A stretch of DNA of 63,998 nt, counting the filler, from Dimargaris cristalligena (taxonomy: Eukaryota), in the NCBI GenBank assembly GCA_003614675.1. It is 3 parts of 3 records of this genome, joined end to end, with 100 filler letters (N's around TTAATTAATTAA, not from the genome) between each part and the next. Parts side by side here need not be neighbours in the genome. Positions count along the whole stretch, not along the records: positions 1 to 22,040 come from ML002644.1; 2 more parts are not named here. One strand, given 5' to 3'. The notes beneath the pieces are model-generated. The model saw only the letters and a list, made by a program, of their open reading frames with translations, did no database searches and was not told the DNA's origin. A program made the translations under genes and the position numbers. Below, one piece after another: positions 1-11,342 of this stretch (its first letter is position 1; each line of letters begins with the position of its first letter).

Positions 1-1030
1 GAGTGAAATATAATTGGCTAACATGAATGATCTCATGATAGCAGAATAAACTAACGTAATTGAGTAAAAATAGGATAGAATAAAGAACACATAGGAACAT
101 ATTCTTCAACACTGTTAAGAGCCCAAGCCCGGTGCCACGGGTGAATGGTAGTTTTATACTATTGTAACAGCCGACTCGGGCAATAACAGGGCTAGTTTAA
201 CTACTAATAGGGCGAGCGGGGTTACCCTCGTTGGTTATTATCAAACCCGGATGTTCCAGACACCCCCTAGTTCCGGGAGGTAATCCTCTTTATTATTGCT
301 ATGCAACAAACCGTATATACTCTGTTGCATTTGACCGCTATTATCACCGCACACCACCCAACTACTTTAAAATGAGGTTTATTTACAATATATATTATTT
401 TATTATGCCACAATTATGTTAAAAATCTTACAATCACCTAAGGTCCATATTGGTAAATATATCTCAGGCCCAAGAATGTCAACTTCGTACTCTGGCAGCG
501 AGTAATGGAATACCAATACATAGGCCCGCATTAGGTGTTGGCAGTATGATTAAGCTTTATATTTCACTCAAAAGAACCCAACAAGGCTACTCGGGACACT
601 CCTAGTAAGACACCTATACTCTTATGCAATTTGACGATCATGGTCAATGTACTTTAATAAATCAGCAGGGACTAGTTCTTTTAAAAAAGTAGCAACTTTC
701 TTGCTTTGAACAGTTTATTTCTAATCTTGACGACAGCACTGAAGAGCCTATACATAGCCTCGAACCGGGTATCTTACCACAGTAGTTCTTTCATAATATG
801 ACTTTCACAATAGACTACTTATTTAGCAACCGTTTATTTCAAACCAGCTTAACGTTCTGGGTAGAAATATGGTTTGGTGCTTAATATTAAGAGATATACT
901 ACTTGCCGGGGAGGGGGGGTGCCATACGCCTGGAACCCCGGCCCACACTATTGCGGCGAGAGAATTCACTATTTCTCTAGAAAGTGAAGGACAGGGATTA
1001 GCATACTACCAGTTGAAAGTACCAATATAA

Positions 1031-1171
1031 TGTGGGAGAAGTTCATCCAAGCTGTATAACGAAAAATCCATTAGATTCGGCCAATATTATGGTTAAAAAT
1101 ACATTTCCCATATATTTTCCCATATACGTATAATGTAAACCCTTATATAGCTGGGCCGAATTCCACCCATG
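1031..1171 (-). mobile_element. MITE family copy 1 (about 143 bp, imperfect ~28-bp TIRs)
   Basis: Ends TGTGGGAGAAGTTCATCCAAGCTGTATAA ... TTATATAGCTGGGCCGAATTCCACCCAT; colinear with the other copies. Confidence 0.8.
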
Positions 1172-3727
1172 TTGATGTCTTAGTTATATCATGTACTCCA
1201 GGGTACAGCTAACTAAGTGATTTAAATATAAATATGGCTAATCATTCGGAACCACTCCTATGAATATTCTTGGTGGCGACTGCACTGGTGGGCATCTTAT
1301 TAGATACCCGAGCAAGTTAGTGTATTGCTTTAACAGTAATCGGAGTTTATTTTCAAAGTGTATTGCATGTAAGATCCTGCATGGTATATTTAAATACCTC
1401 CTGGGAGAGAGATAATAAATGCGGAAAGCTGGACCTGGAATTCCCGTATGCGGCATTAGTTGAATGGCGCCTCATGGCTGGTGCCCAGCATCGTCTTAAA
1501 AAATGACATGGCTACACGTGGTTGAAAATGCCACAACGATTGGCTCCGTTATTAAACCGAGTGCCAGCTACTGGAAAAATATGCGTAAGACAGCTATAGG
1601 ACTTGCATGAAGATCGAAGCAGGTATTTTTGGCGACCTTGACCATCTAACATTTAGGTTGGAGCAATGAAACAATACGGCTTACTCTCCCATTTGACTAA
1701 GGAGACGTGGCTACTCGAAACCTTAGCGAAATAACAATGGATAGTTATAACAGTACATCAAGTCCAGTCGGCGATATTAGCAGGATTCATTACAGTACCC
1801 AGTCTCATTGTCTAGCAATTGCAGTGTTCATGACATGTTTATGAAAGGGGAAGCCATGTTTCGAGTGAGGGAGTCATAAAATTATGTTATTCATCTGGAC
1901 CAATGGGGCTGTATTTTTGGCCCCAGAAAGGCATGCCTCTAACACGAGTATACTAAAAATAGGTATTATTTTCATGCACACTCAATCAAAGGGGGATGGA
2001 AGGAAATTAGGGCGGTGGTGACTACTTGGATTTCAAGTATGTAATTTGACATGGGAATACCCCTTCCCGCCTACGATGCAGCCTATGGATAGAAGTGCAC
2101 ATATCAAAAGAAAACTGCACGTTTAATATTACTACATCGACCATTCCAAAAGTGCGTAAGTGCATCCAACACTAACGTTTAAAAAGGTTTCAATGGTAAT
2201 ACTTTTCCCAACGGATTGGTATAACCATAGGACCATATATTATCCTAGTAGTGGGGGGGGATGCCTAGTTGGTTTCAAAAGGAAATAATCTATAAATAGC
2301 CGTTTAACGGGGATAATATTATACGGGGGTATAGAATAGCAGTTCCTCCAGTGAGGATTCAAGTTTTGGATAGATAGGTTACTCATCTTATTATTGACCT
2401 CGTACTTATTGAACTGCCTAAAAAGCAGTATTTTCGTGGCCATTCGTTCTACCTATGCAATAAATGTAAGGTAAAGTAATTGGTGGGTCAATTGGGTTGG
2501 CCAAGGGTCCCGTATGGAGCTTTAGCTACCTACCAGTTTTAATGGATTTAAATAATACCACAATTGCAGCCACGGAAAATAGCTTCCAACATACCATACT
2601 GGTACTGAGTCTCCTAGATAATAATCATGGAAAGTGAGATCTATTAATCCAACAACTGCCACTAACCAGGCGAGGGGATGATGCGATAATACAGACCGTC
2701 CCTGTAGGTCCCCTTTCCCTAAGCCTATCTAAGACCCATACGGTACGGCTACTCCATTAATATGGAGTGTGGGGGGGGGGGTTCTATAATGGCCCAGCTA
2801 TCCACCAATGGTATGTTACAAGGGGATGAACGAGGTGGAGGAAAGGGCTTCACTAGGAAACAAAGGTACCCCTATCGAGAAGAGATCTTCATTATCGCCC
2901 TTTTCCAATCTCTTCTCCCCTTTGGCGCTCATATAGGGCAGGGAAAGAGGGGAGCTCATTCTAACCTATAGTATAATTATAGAAAACGAGGGGGGGGGAG
3001 GACAAGCGAGGAAGGTATATTATAATTGAAAACCATCGTGTCGGTTAAAGAGAAAAGGGGACTATTGTCCAAATGAGGTTTGCGGTATTCATCGATTAAG
3101 GCATTCCATTGAACAGCGAAGGACCAAGCGGAGGTGGCTCAAGCCCCCCTCTTCCCTTATGGCCGGCCAATTGCGGTGCTGTCAACCGACCAGAGAATGG
3201 GGGAGCGAGTATAGCATCCCATATCCCCGCTAACGTCTTTCCTGCTCTTTTCCACATTGGGTATAACACTTAGTTAGTTCATGACGATTGATGTCCCCGG
3301 CTTCGTTACTCTTATTTTCGTTTTCTCATCTTGCTATTTTTCTTAGCATATTAATGTCTTTAACTTGTTTTACTTATCACTACCATTCAACAACACCCGT
3401 TAACTTAAACGCAAAATACCTTGTCACCTGTTTTACCCATCTCACGTGTATTTGGGTTTAGTGTTACGCGATTTTGCATATCCCTTGATAGGAAATTTAG
3501 CTGTTATCATATTCAGTCCTAGTCACGTATCCGTATAGTTCACCGACTAACCTAGCCAGGTTCACACTCACCATATTTATTTGTTGCCTAAGAGCCGTAG
3601 TTCCCATACATAAACTGGAGAACTAAGTAGCCCAGCAATATTCAGCCCTGTAGCCCCTCCTCCGTACCACGCCCAAGTCCCTCGCGATTAGAATATCAAA
3701 TTCGGTGGTTGACATAGTACCTCGACA

Positions 3728-4618
3728 ATGTTTCCCATGCAATTTGCACTGAAGCGGGGCATGAAGGCCGAGATGCCCGACATGGACATAGCGCGCAACC
3801 TGGACATCGAAAAGCCCCGGAGCCGGAGTAACTCGCACAACGAAATTCTAACGAAGGATATTGCCGGCGCGCTACTCGATGTCATCCGCGACCTCAAGAG
3901 TACCCTCGAAGATAGCCGCAAATCCCTGAGTCATTCGGCGGGGGCGGGGTGCCGCTGCTCCACGACAGGTACCACGTTATCCACGCTGGATGAATATTCC
4001 ACCAGCGGACCACGGTCGAGTGACATGATGGGCATTCCCCCCGAAATTATGAGTTACGTACGTACCTTTGGCCACGAACCAGCGACGGCATCGGACCTTA
4101 TGGACTGGCTCACGGAGTTCGAAGACACGATGGAAATCCTGGGCCTGGACGGCCAGAACGGCACTCTCGATAAACGGTCCGTGGTGGCCCGGCTGGCCCT
4201 GAAGGGTAAGGCCCGCAAAGTAGTGCTAGCCAAACGGGCGTGGCTAGCGCGGCAGGGTCAACAACTTAGTTGGGCTGAGGTCCAAAAATCGCTCCGGTTG
4301 GCGTATCGGGCCCATATTCCCGAACACGCCATGGAAAGTCGGCTGTGCCGGTTTAACCCCCAGGAGCATAGCGAAGAGGGAACCGGCCTGTTGATACAGC
4401 GGGTACTCGAAATCATGAATATGGGCGAATCGCATGACAATGAGTATCGCTTGTTCTACATCATTTCGACGCTTCCCGACGATATTAAGGATATTCTTTT
4501 GCGACGACCTTGTCCCACCGACGAGGTAGAACTTATCGGTCGGGTCGAAGATATTGAACTACTCAAGGTGTCCATGGCGATGAATGGTCGCGAACAGGGA
4601 AAGGGGCGCAAGCGGTGA
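3728..4618 (+). CDS. Stand-alone Ty3/gypsy Gag capsid-like protein, 296 aa, intronless; candidate domesticated Gag
   Basis: Capsid-type pattern: 'TFGHEPATASDLMDWLTEFEDTMEILG...ARLALKGKARKV...LSWAEVQKSLRLAY...LFYIISTLPDDIKDILLRRPCPTDEVELIGRVEDIE'. N-terminal coiled-coil-like segment 'LLDVIRDLKSTLEDSRKSLS'. No CCHC knuckle and no downstream pol ORF. Confidence 0.7.
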   Translation: MFPMQFALKRGMKAEMPDMDIARNLDIEKPRSRSNSHNEILTKDIAGALLDVIRDLKSTLEDSRKSLSHSAGAGCRCSTTGTTLSTLDEYSTSGPRSSDMMGIPPEIMSYVRTFGHEPATASDLMDWLTEFEDTMEILGLDGQNGTLDKRSVVARLALKGKARKVVLAKRAWLARQGQQLSWAEVQKSLRLAYRAHIPEHAMESRLCRFNPQEHSEEGTGLLIQRVLEIMNMGESHDNEYRLFYIISTLPDDIKDILLRRPCPTDEVELIGRVEDIELLKVSMAMNGREQGKGRKR

Positions 4619-5302
4619 CCCCGGCCAGCCGGGGCACTTGGCGGAATCAACCACCGTTCCCATTCGACTACCCCTCCCTTTTACTTCCGCTTATCATGAT
4701 GAGTCTTTCAGCCATACTTCATGGGCGATTGGCCAATGAGTTGTCTGGTCTCGCCTCGCCTTCCACACATACCCGCATTTCTTCACTTCGGCCTACCTTG
4801 AGCAGGGGGTCGACGTTGCACTTTTCATTAACGAGCTAATCGACAAAATTATAGAGAATAACCCGTTTATTGTAAAAAGACGAAGTAGTTCTTTGGTTGG
4901 TTTTTTTAAATATATAATCAAAATAATATTAATAATGGATTGATTTGGTGGTGCGGGGTCAGCGACATATATATCGACGGAGTTTGAACATCAGGCGGAG
5001 GGTGTTATCCGCACTGCCTTGTGTTTCCCAAGCATTGGGGTGTGCTATAAGGTACGGGTCGGATAGTTTAAATGAACACTTTGGATTTCAGGGTAGGTCT
5101 GACTAAGGGGTGTAACCGGTCCCAGAAAATAACAGTCTACAGACGGGGCGACCAAGGACCAAGTCGGCCAAGAGAATGGGCTCCCATTAATTACTGTAAT
5201 CAGGCAAAACCAAGGGTACGAACAGGTTCTGGATGGTCGTTAACTATTAGAGTCAAAAAATATCTGGGCTCCATTATAAGGATACCAACCGACAGTTTCT
5301 TT

Positions 5303-6138
5303 CTAGACCGAAAAAGTAGTTTCTCCACCCTGGGTGTTAATTTTAACCAAAGAGCCCGAGGGCAAACGGTGCCGCCCCGACGCCCATTCGAACAGCTCCT
5401 TGGCGATGGAGCTTAAGGGAGTCCACGAGCTAAAATCGGCGTCGGGCATGCCGGCGCGGTTGGCCGGCGTATCCAGAGTAACGGGCAGGATGGCATTGAC
5501 CCACGCACCCTGGGGGAGGCCACTCGCGGGATCGGCTAGACTGGCAGTAAGTTGGTGCACAGCCGCCTTGGCCATACCGTAGCCCAGCATGCCGGGGGTA
5601 CCCCCCTGGGCCGCCTGCGCACCGGTCAGAGTCAGCAGACCGCCCGCGCGCAGGTGCTGGCTAGCAATCCGGGCGGCAATTAGGGAGGACTGGACGCTTT
5701 GCTTCCACATGAGATCGGTGGTGGCAAAGACGGAGGAGCTGGTGACGGAGCCGCCGGCCCAGCCGCCCGCCACGCACAGGACAGCCTCGACGGGTTTGTC
5801 CAGACGGGGCTGCAGACCGCCCAGCACTTGGTGCGCCTGGGCCTCGAGCGACAGGGCGGAGTCTAGGTTCACCGAGTGGTCGGCCTCGGGGTTAGAGCGA
5901 AGGTCCACCGAGATAACGCACTGGGCCGAACGAGGGCGGGGTAGCAACAAAGGCGGTGGTAGAGGCACTGGGGTTAATGAAGATATGGTTAACAGCCTTT
6001 AACGACGGCCAGGTCGATTACCAAGGACAGTGGATTGGAAACACGATTAGTACTTACCCAACTCTGGGCCTTAAAGAACTTGACGAGGGCAGTGCCGAGG
6101 GCGCCGCTACCGCCGTAGACAATGACTTGGCTGGCCAT
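5303..6138 (-). CDS. QDPR: Dihydropteridine reductase (atypical SDR); exons 6138-6058 and 5920-5303, about 232 aa
   Basis: Exon 1 reads MASQVIVYGGSGALGTALVKFFKAQSW with a GTAAGT donor; CAG acceptor at 5921. Exon 2 has the QDPR motifs 'LCVAGGWAGGS', 'MWKQSV', 'GYGMAKAAVHQL' and 'LPVTLDTPANRAGMPDADFSSWTPL'. Confidence 0.93.
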
Positions 6139-6417
6139 GGTTTTCCGAAGCGTATGGTGTGCAGGGAATGAGAGGGGAGTGGTGGGTAGATGGGATGTTG
6201 GATACTTAGAAGGATGGAAGGTTTACGCTGCGAGGAAGCAAAGGCAATGAAGGTCGGGGAGGGTGTGACTGCCTCTCTCTCCCCTGGAAAAAGGTGTAGC
6301 CCACATTGTCCCATGGTAAGTACTTTTATTTAATCAATGGGACAATATACAATGGCAGTGTGATAAGCCCAGCGTATTCGCTGGTTTTATAAATCTCTTA
6401 CTAGCTATGTACTACAC

Positions 6418-6419
<2 letters not shown>

Positions 6420-6454
<35 letters not shown>
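6420..6454 (+). repeat. (CT)n microsatellite in the QDPR/MEX67 divergent promoter region
   Basis: Seen directly in the sequence. Confidence 0.95.
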
Positions 6455-6456
<2 letters not shown>

Positions 6457-6724
6457 ATAGTTCTTGGCCCTTCTATGTAAGAATTGAAGAACCGCCCAGG
6501 CCGGCCCTTTAGGTTTCACTGGCCCTCTTTTTTTTAAGGCGCGTTTTTCTCATGCGAATCAATCTGACCAATTGTCGGCTCTCGTCTTATTCTATCTACC
6601 ATTCCCAGCTACCTATTGCAGTTTATAGCGGCCGGTTTTTTATATTTTGTTTTCTTTTATATTTTTTTCGGCGAGAATCCATTTAACTACCCGGTAACAG
6701 TCGTCATTGATCCAGTCCTGCCTA

Positions 6725-8869
6725 ATGAGTACACCAATCACTCACGAATCCACCGGCTCTTCCCGCCACGGAAGTGGCCGCGGTCGGTCTGGTGGCCGGG
6801 TCCGCGACAATCGATCACGGGTAGGTCTACGTTCGGCCATCCGGTCGAGTGACGACGTGGACGGTGACATTGGCATGGGCGAGGAGGCCGCGCCCGCCCG
6901 TAAGCGCTTTTCCCCCTACAGTGCGGGCAAATCCACGCGAGCCGACTCCCCCGCCCTCCCCCGGGGCGGCCCTCCGTCCAGGTCGGGGCGCCAGGGCACC
7001 GCCGATGTGGTGATCAAAAACCAGGACAAGGCCGTACTTCCGAAACTCAAGGAGTTTATCCGTAGGTTCACGGGGTTGCCAATCCCGGACAGTAACGTAC
7101 GGCACTGGGACAAATTTGTATTCATCACGCTCGACACCCTCCAGGACGCCGAAACGGTAATCAAGCTTAACGGTATGGAATTCAACGAAGACCGGCTGGT
7201 TGTGGATCATGCGAAGCCCATGAAGTCCGTCCACCCCGCCACAAACCCCATTCCCAAGGAAGTCCGGACGCAAGTCAAGCTCACTGTCATCGATGAACTT
7301 AAGAAAATTATCCGGTCCCGGTTCGACTGCGCGAACAATGAACTTAATTTGGGCCGTATCGACCAAATCACCGATCTACGTCGCGACTCGGCCGCCACCG
7401 AGACCCCTGCTAAGAAATCGAACTTCTGGCCGGCCATCATCAAAATGGCCAAGGATCTCTATCCCCATGTCAAGACGGTTTCATTGGCCGGTAATGAGCT
7501 GAAATCGCTCGCCACCATCGCCCACTTGGGTAACTATTTACCCGACCTTGAAAACCTGTCCCTCGAGGATAACATGATTGCCACCTTCCGGGACCTGGAC
7601 TACCTGGCCGACTGTACCCATCCCCTGAAGAAGCTGCGCGGACTCATACTTCGGGGCAACCCCATCCAGGCGGCCGAACGGGCCAAAACGGGGGACGATA
7701 GCCTGTTTTACATACAAATCCTCAAACGCTTCCCGGGGCTGACTACGTTCGACGGGATGACCATCACCCCTGAAATGCGGGCGGTCGCCGCCCCCGCTGC
7801 GCCACCCCTGGGCCTGAGTAATAACACCGAATTCCCTCTTTTACCGCGTCCCGTGCAACCCACCTTTTTCGATACCGATGCCACCATGCAGCTGGCTAAT
7901 CAATTCCTGGGACAATTCTTCCAATTGTTCGACCACCAGCGGTCTGCCCTCATGGACTGGTATGACCCCAATGCCACCTTCTCCCTGATGATCAACCGGG
8001 AACGGCCCAAGCGCACCGTCTCAGCACCTTCGCCGCCCAACTCGTACACGGAGGCTTTCCAAAAAACTGCTCTAGCCAAAAGACTGACACCCAAAAGGCA
8101 CCAGGGACCACCACCCTTCAACCCCAAGATGAAGGGGGCCGAATGGACGGCCTACACAAACCGCAACCGCAACCGCAAGCGGATCAATAAACCCACTAAG
8201 CAGACATCCACCCTTTGTACGGGGCCCGCCGAAATTCTGCACCAACTCAGTCGATTCCCCACTTCCGTACATCCCCTCGATGACATGTCACGCTTCAGCG
8301 TATACGCCTGGCAAATTTCCAACCTGCCTCCGTCCGCCTACCCCGGACCCGGGCAACCCGCCCCCGCCAATATGCCCCCGGCTATCCAGATTTCCGTCAC
8401 GGGCGAATTCTACGAGCCCCAAGAACATACCATGCGCTCCTTCGACCGGATCTTCTTTTTGGTACCTTCGTTGGTGGGCTCCAAGGCTCAGTTGGCCGGC
8501 TGCCCCTTCAGTATCCGCAACGATATGCTCACTCTTCGCATATACGCCGGATTCGACGCTTGGAATCCGAGTAGGTATCCCATCCTTCCCCAGGCCCACC
8601 CAACCGCATTTCCGTCTATCGTGCCGTCACCCGTCGTGCCTATCGCCCCACCCACCACCATCACTATCGCCAATGCGCAGGGCGTTGGGGTGGCTGTTAA
8701 TCCCATCCAGCTCGGCCTGGTAGAACAACTTCAGCAGCGTACTCGTCTCGCACAGCCGTTTGCCGTACAGTGTCTTCAGGAGCATAACTGGGACCTTGAG
8801 AAGGCTGCGACGGCCGTTCTACAGCTACAGCAATCTAATGCAATCCCCTCCCAGGCCTACCAGTCCTAG
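6725..8869 (+). CDS. MEX67: mRNA export factor Mex67/NXF1 (RRM-like, LRR, NTF2-like and C-terminal UBA/TAP-C domains)
   Basis: LRRs 'VSLAGNELKSL', 'LSLEDNMIATF', 'LILRGNPI'. NTF2-like 'FLGQFFQLFDHQRSALMDWYDPNATFSL...RSFDRIFFL...IRNDML'. UBA 'TRLAQPFAVQCLQEHNWDLEKA'. First ATG is at 6725. Confidence 0.92.
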   Translation: MSTPITHESTGSSRHGSGRGRSGGRVRDNRSRVGLRSAIRSSDDVDGDIGMGEEAAPARKRFSPYSAGKSTRADSPALPRGGPPSRSGRQGTADVVIKNQDKAVLPKLKEFIRRFTGLPIPDSNVRHWDKFVFITLDTLQDAETVIKLNGMEFNEDRLVVDHAKPMKSVHPATNPIPKEVRTQVKLTVIDELKKIIRSRFDCANNELNLGRIDQITDLRRDSAATETPAKKSNFWPAIIKMAKDLYPHVKTVSLAGNELKSLATIAHLGNYLPDLENLSLEDNMIATFRDLDYLADCTHPLKKLRGLILRGNPIQAAERAKTGDDSLFYIQILKRFPGLTTFDGMTITPEMRAVAAPAAPPLGLSNNTEFPLLPRPVQPTFFDTDATMQLANQFLGQFFQLFDHQRSALMDWYDPNATFSLMINRERPKRTVSAPSPPNSYTEAFQKTALAKRLTPKRHQGPPPFNPKMKGAEWTAYTNRNRNRKRINKPTKQTSTLCTGPAEILHQLSRFPTSVHPLDDMSRFSVYAWQISNLPPSAYPGPGQPAPANMPPAIQISVTGEFYEPQEHTMRSFDRIFFLVPSLVGSKAQLAGCPFSIRNDMLTLRIYAGFDAWNPSRYPILPQAHPTAFPSIVPSPVVPIAPPTTITIANAQGVGVAVNPIQLGLVEQLQQRTRLAQPFAVQCLQEHNWDLEKAATAVLQLQQSNAIPSQAYQS

Positions 8870-9952
8870 TAGTTTCCAGACGGCTGGCCTTTATATTAAA
8901 ATATCTTCGCATTTTCTTTTTTATTTCTATATGGTTATTATAAATTCAATTATTCCTATATTCACATAACTTCAGTCGAAAATTTTAATTATTTAAATAC
9001 CATTTATGGCACCCGTATTGTCCTTGGGTAGTCGCTACCCTACAATTATCCATATTTTTCTTCTGTTTTTCAGCCACTCGCCACACATTTGGCCATTTCG
9101 CCATTGAAATAATCGTTGGCCAAACCATGATTTTAAATCTATCCCCACCCCTCCTCCATCTTTTTAACCTCTGCATGCACATAGAATCACCCTATTCCCC
9201 CCCCCTTTATTTTTTGGCAGTGTTATAGCAGAATTTAGTATCCCCCTAAAATAAACCCGATAACCTTAGGTTAGCACCTACTGTAGCAGTGACAACGTCT
9301 TTGGGAACCAATATCTCGGGAGGAAAACTCGCACTCGGCGCAGACTGCTCTGGTCTGGGCTCCGGACAAGGACAGCCTGAGCAACTGAAAGTCACTCGTG
9401 GATCCTACTGGTACGTGGCGGAGACTGGGCTCCATGGTTGGGCTTGGGGTAAGCGGCGACGTGAATAGGATAATACCGGGTGTCTGTAAAATTAATAATA
9501 AATCAATTGTTATAAGACCGCTTGTTTCTATTGAGAGAATACCCACAAAATATTTATAGATCATCAAGAATATAGGAAACCCAAAAATAGTAGCAGCAGC
9601 CTAAAAGTGCACGAGACCCACCTTGTTAATGGGCGAGGACGGGTACTGCTCTATGGTGCCAGGATACTCTCAACCCGGTGGTAATTGATAATGAAGAGAA
9701 CTTATTTGGCTGATAAGCTATCAATGAAGACCGCTCATGACGGTGGCTACAGATAACAAGGGTTGGGGATAACCTCCAACCCCCTACAACTCGGAATAAC
9801 AACCCAAGATACTAATGCATAGTGGAAGCAACTGCCAAAATCAAGGTTGATTTATCTGACCTAGCCGTCCAAAAACAAATGGAAGGTGGCCTGCTGATGA
9901 AAAACTATTACCATTGCTTAGCCGTGGACTTTACTATAAGACGCTGCTAAAG

Positions 9953-10050
9953 ATAGATGAAAATCGGCCCAGCTGTATAAGGCTTTTAATAATACGTGTT
10001 TGAAAAACCTGACGGAGGATTGACTGTCAATACACAAATACAATATTGGC
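9953..10050 (+). mobile_element. MITE family copy 2, partial and degenerate
   Basis: GATGAAAATCGGCCCAGCTGTATAAGGCTTT...AATATTGGC matches the left two-thirds of the consensus. Confidence 0.5.
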
Positions 10051-10171
10051 TACGAAGCGGCCACCCCAATTCCCAGTAATTGATAATAGTTAATAGCCGC
10101 AGTTAAGGGCGAATACGTCACCAAACGGGGTGTTTCACACACCAGAGAAGCTCCAAGCCCATTCCCTTACT

Positions 10172-10173
<2 letters not shown>

Positions 10174-10206
<33 letters not shown>
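10174..10206 (+). repeat. (CA)n microsatellite upstream of the calponin-like gene
   Basis: Seen directly in the sequence. Confidence 0.95.
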
Positions 10207-10211
<5 letters not shown>

Positions 10212-10319
10212 TCCAGCTCATGAATGGTACCATCCAGTTTACCTTTCTACCTCGACTATTTTACGGACGACCCTTCATTTCCCATTTTCCGGGCATTCCA
10301 TTACTGAACCCCTTCAAAC

Positions 10320-11342
10320 ATGGCCTCCCATCAACCCGGCAACGAGGACGACGGCCCCCAGCTGTACGGCCTGGACAAGGAACTCCACCACCGTATGATG
10401 GCCAAGTACAGTCCCCAACGTGAACTGGAGGCCCGTAGCTGGCTGGAGGCCGTGCTGAACGAGCCCATTGAAGGCGACTTTATGGATTGTCTCAAGAACG
10501 GCGTCATTCTATGCAAGTAAGACCACCGAGCACTTTGGTTTATGAGAGGGATATTCTAACCACTATGTCATTTGGACCTAGTAACTTAAAATGCAGGGGC
10601 TTCTCTCTGCCGGATGAATGGGGTCGGTAGTTTATCGTGGCTGGATTTCGCCGACTCGAACCCCCGACATTAACTAATACCACTCTCTCTCTCTCTCCTC
10701 CACCGGACTCTCTTCTATACTATACGGATTCATGTTATCACACTGCCCCTCTATAGGACCCTCAATGCGATTAAACCAGGAATGGTCAAATTCTCCACTT
10801 CCAACATCGCCTTCAGACAGGTAACTAGTCCTCCTACGGGCCTATTTACGCATTAGATGGTCAAAGGTTATGCGCCCTACTTGCAATGAGCCCGATTCGT
10901 GTGCCCCCGCTATGTGTACACCATTCTGACCCTAACCCCCCCTACATTGATTGGACCCTCCCCATACACACACACACACTCTCTCTCTCTCTAGATGGAA
11001 AATATTGGCAATTTCCTAACCCAGGCCCAGGCTCTCGGCTGCCGTCCCCACGAGTTATTCCAAACGGTCGACCTATATGAACGGAAGAACCCCGGCCAAG
11101 TAGTGGATGCCATCTACGCTCTCTCGCGACAAGCCCACTGCGCCGGGTTCACTGGCCCTCTCATTGGACCTAAATTGGCGGAACAACGGCGGCGCCAGTT
11201 TTCGGAACAGCAGCTCCGGGCGGGCGAGGGCATTATTAACCCGGTTCAAATGGGCTATAACGGAGGGGCTAACCTCTCCGGAACGCAGTTTGGGGCCCGA
11301 CGGGATCCCGTGGGGAAAGAGGCCAAGTGGGAGAGACTCTGA
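10320..11342 (+). CDS. Calponin/transgelin (SM22/Scp1-like) CH-domain protein; exons 10320-10516, 10757-10820, 10995-11342, about 202 aa
   Basis: 'LYGLDKEL...KYSPQRELEARSWLE...LKNGVILCK', 'MENIGNFL...LFQTVDLYERKN', and the C-terminal calponin repeat 'QMGYNGGANLSG'. GT-AG introns are phase-consistent. Confidence 0.92.

Noticed and set aside
9271..9435. Short Cys-containing minus-strand ORF (MEPSLRH...)
   Set aside because: About 54 codons, no recognisable motif and no convincing downstream exon.
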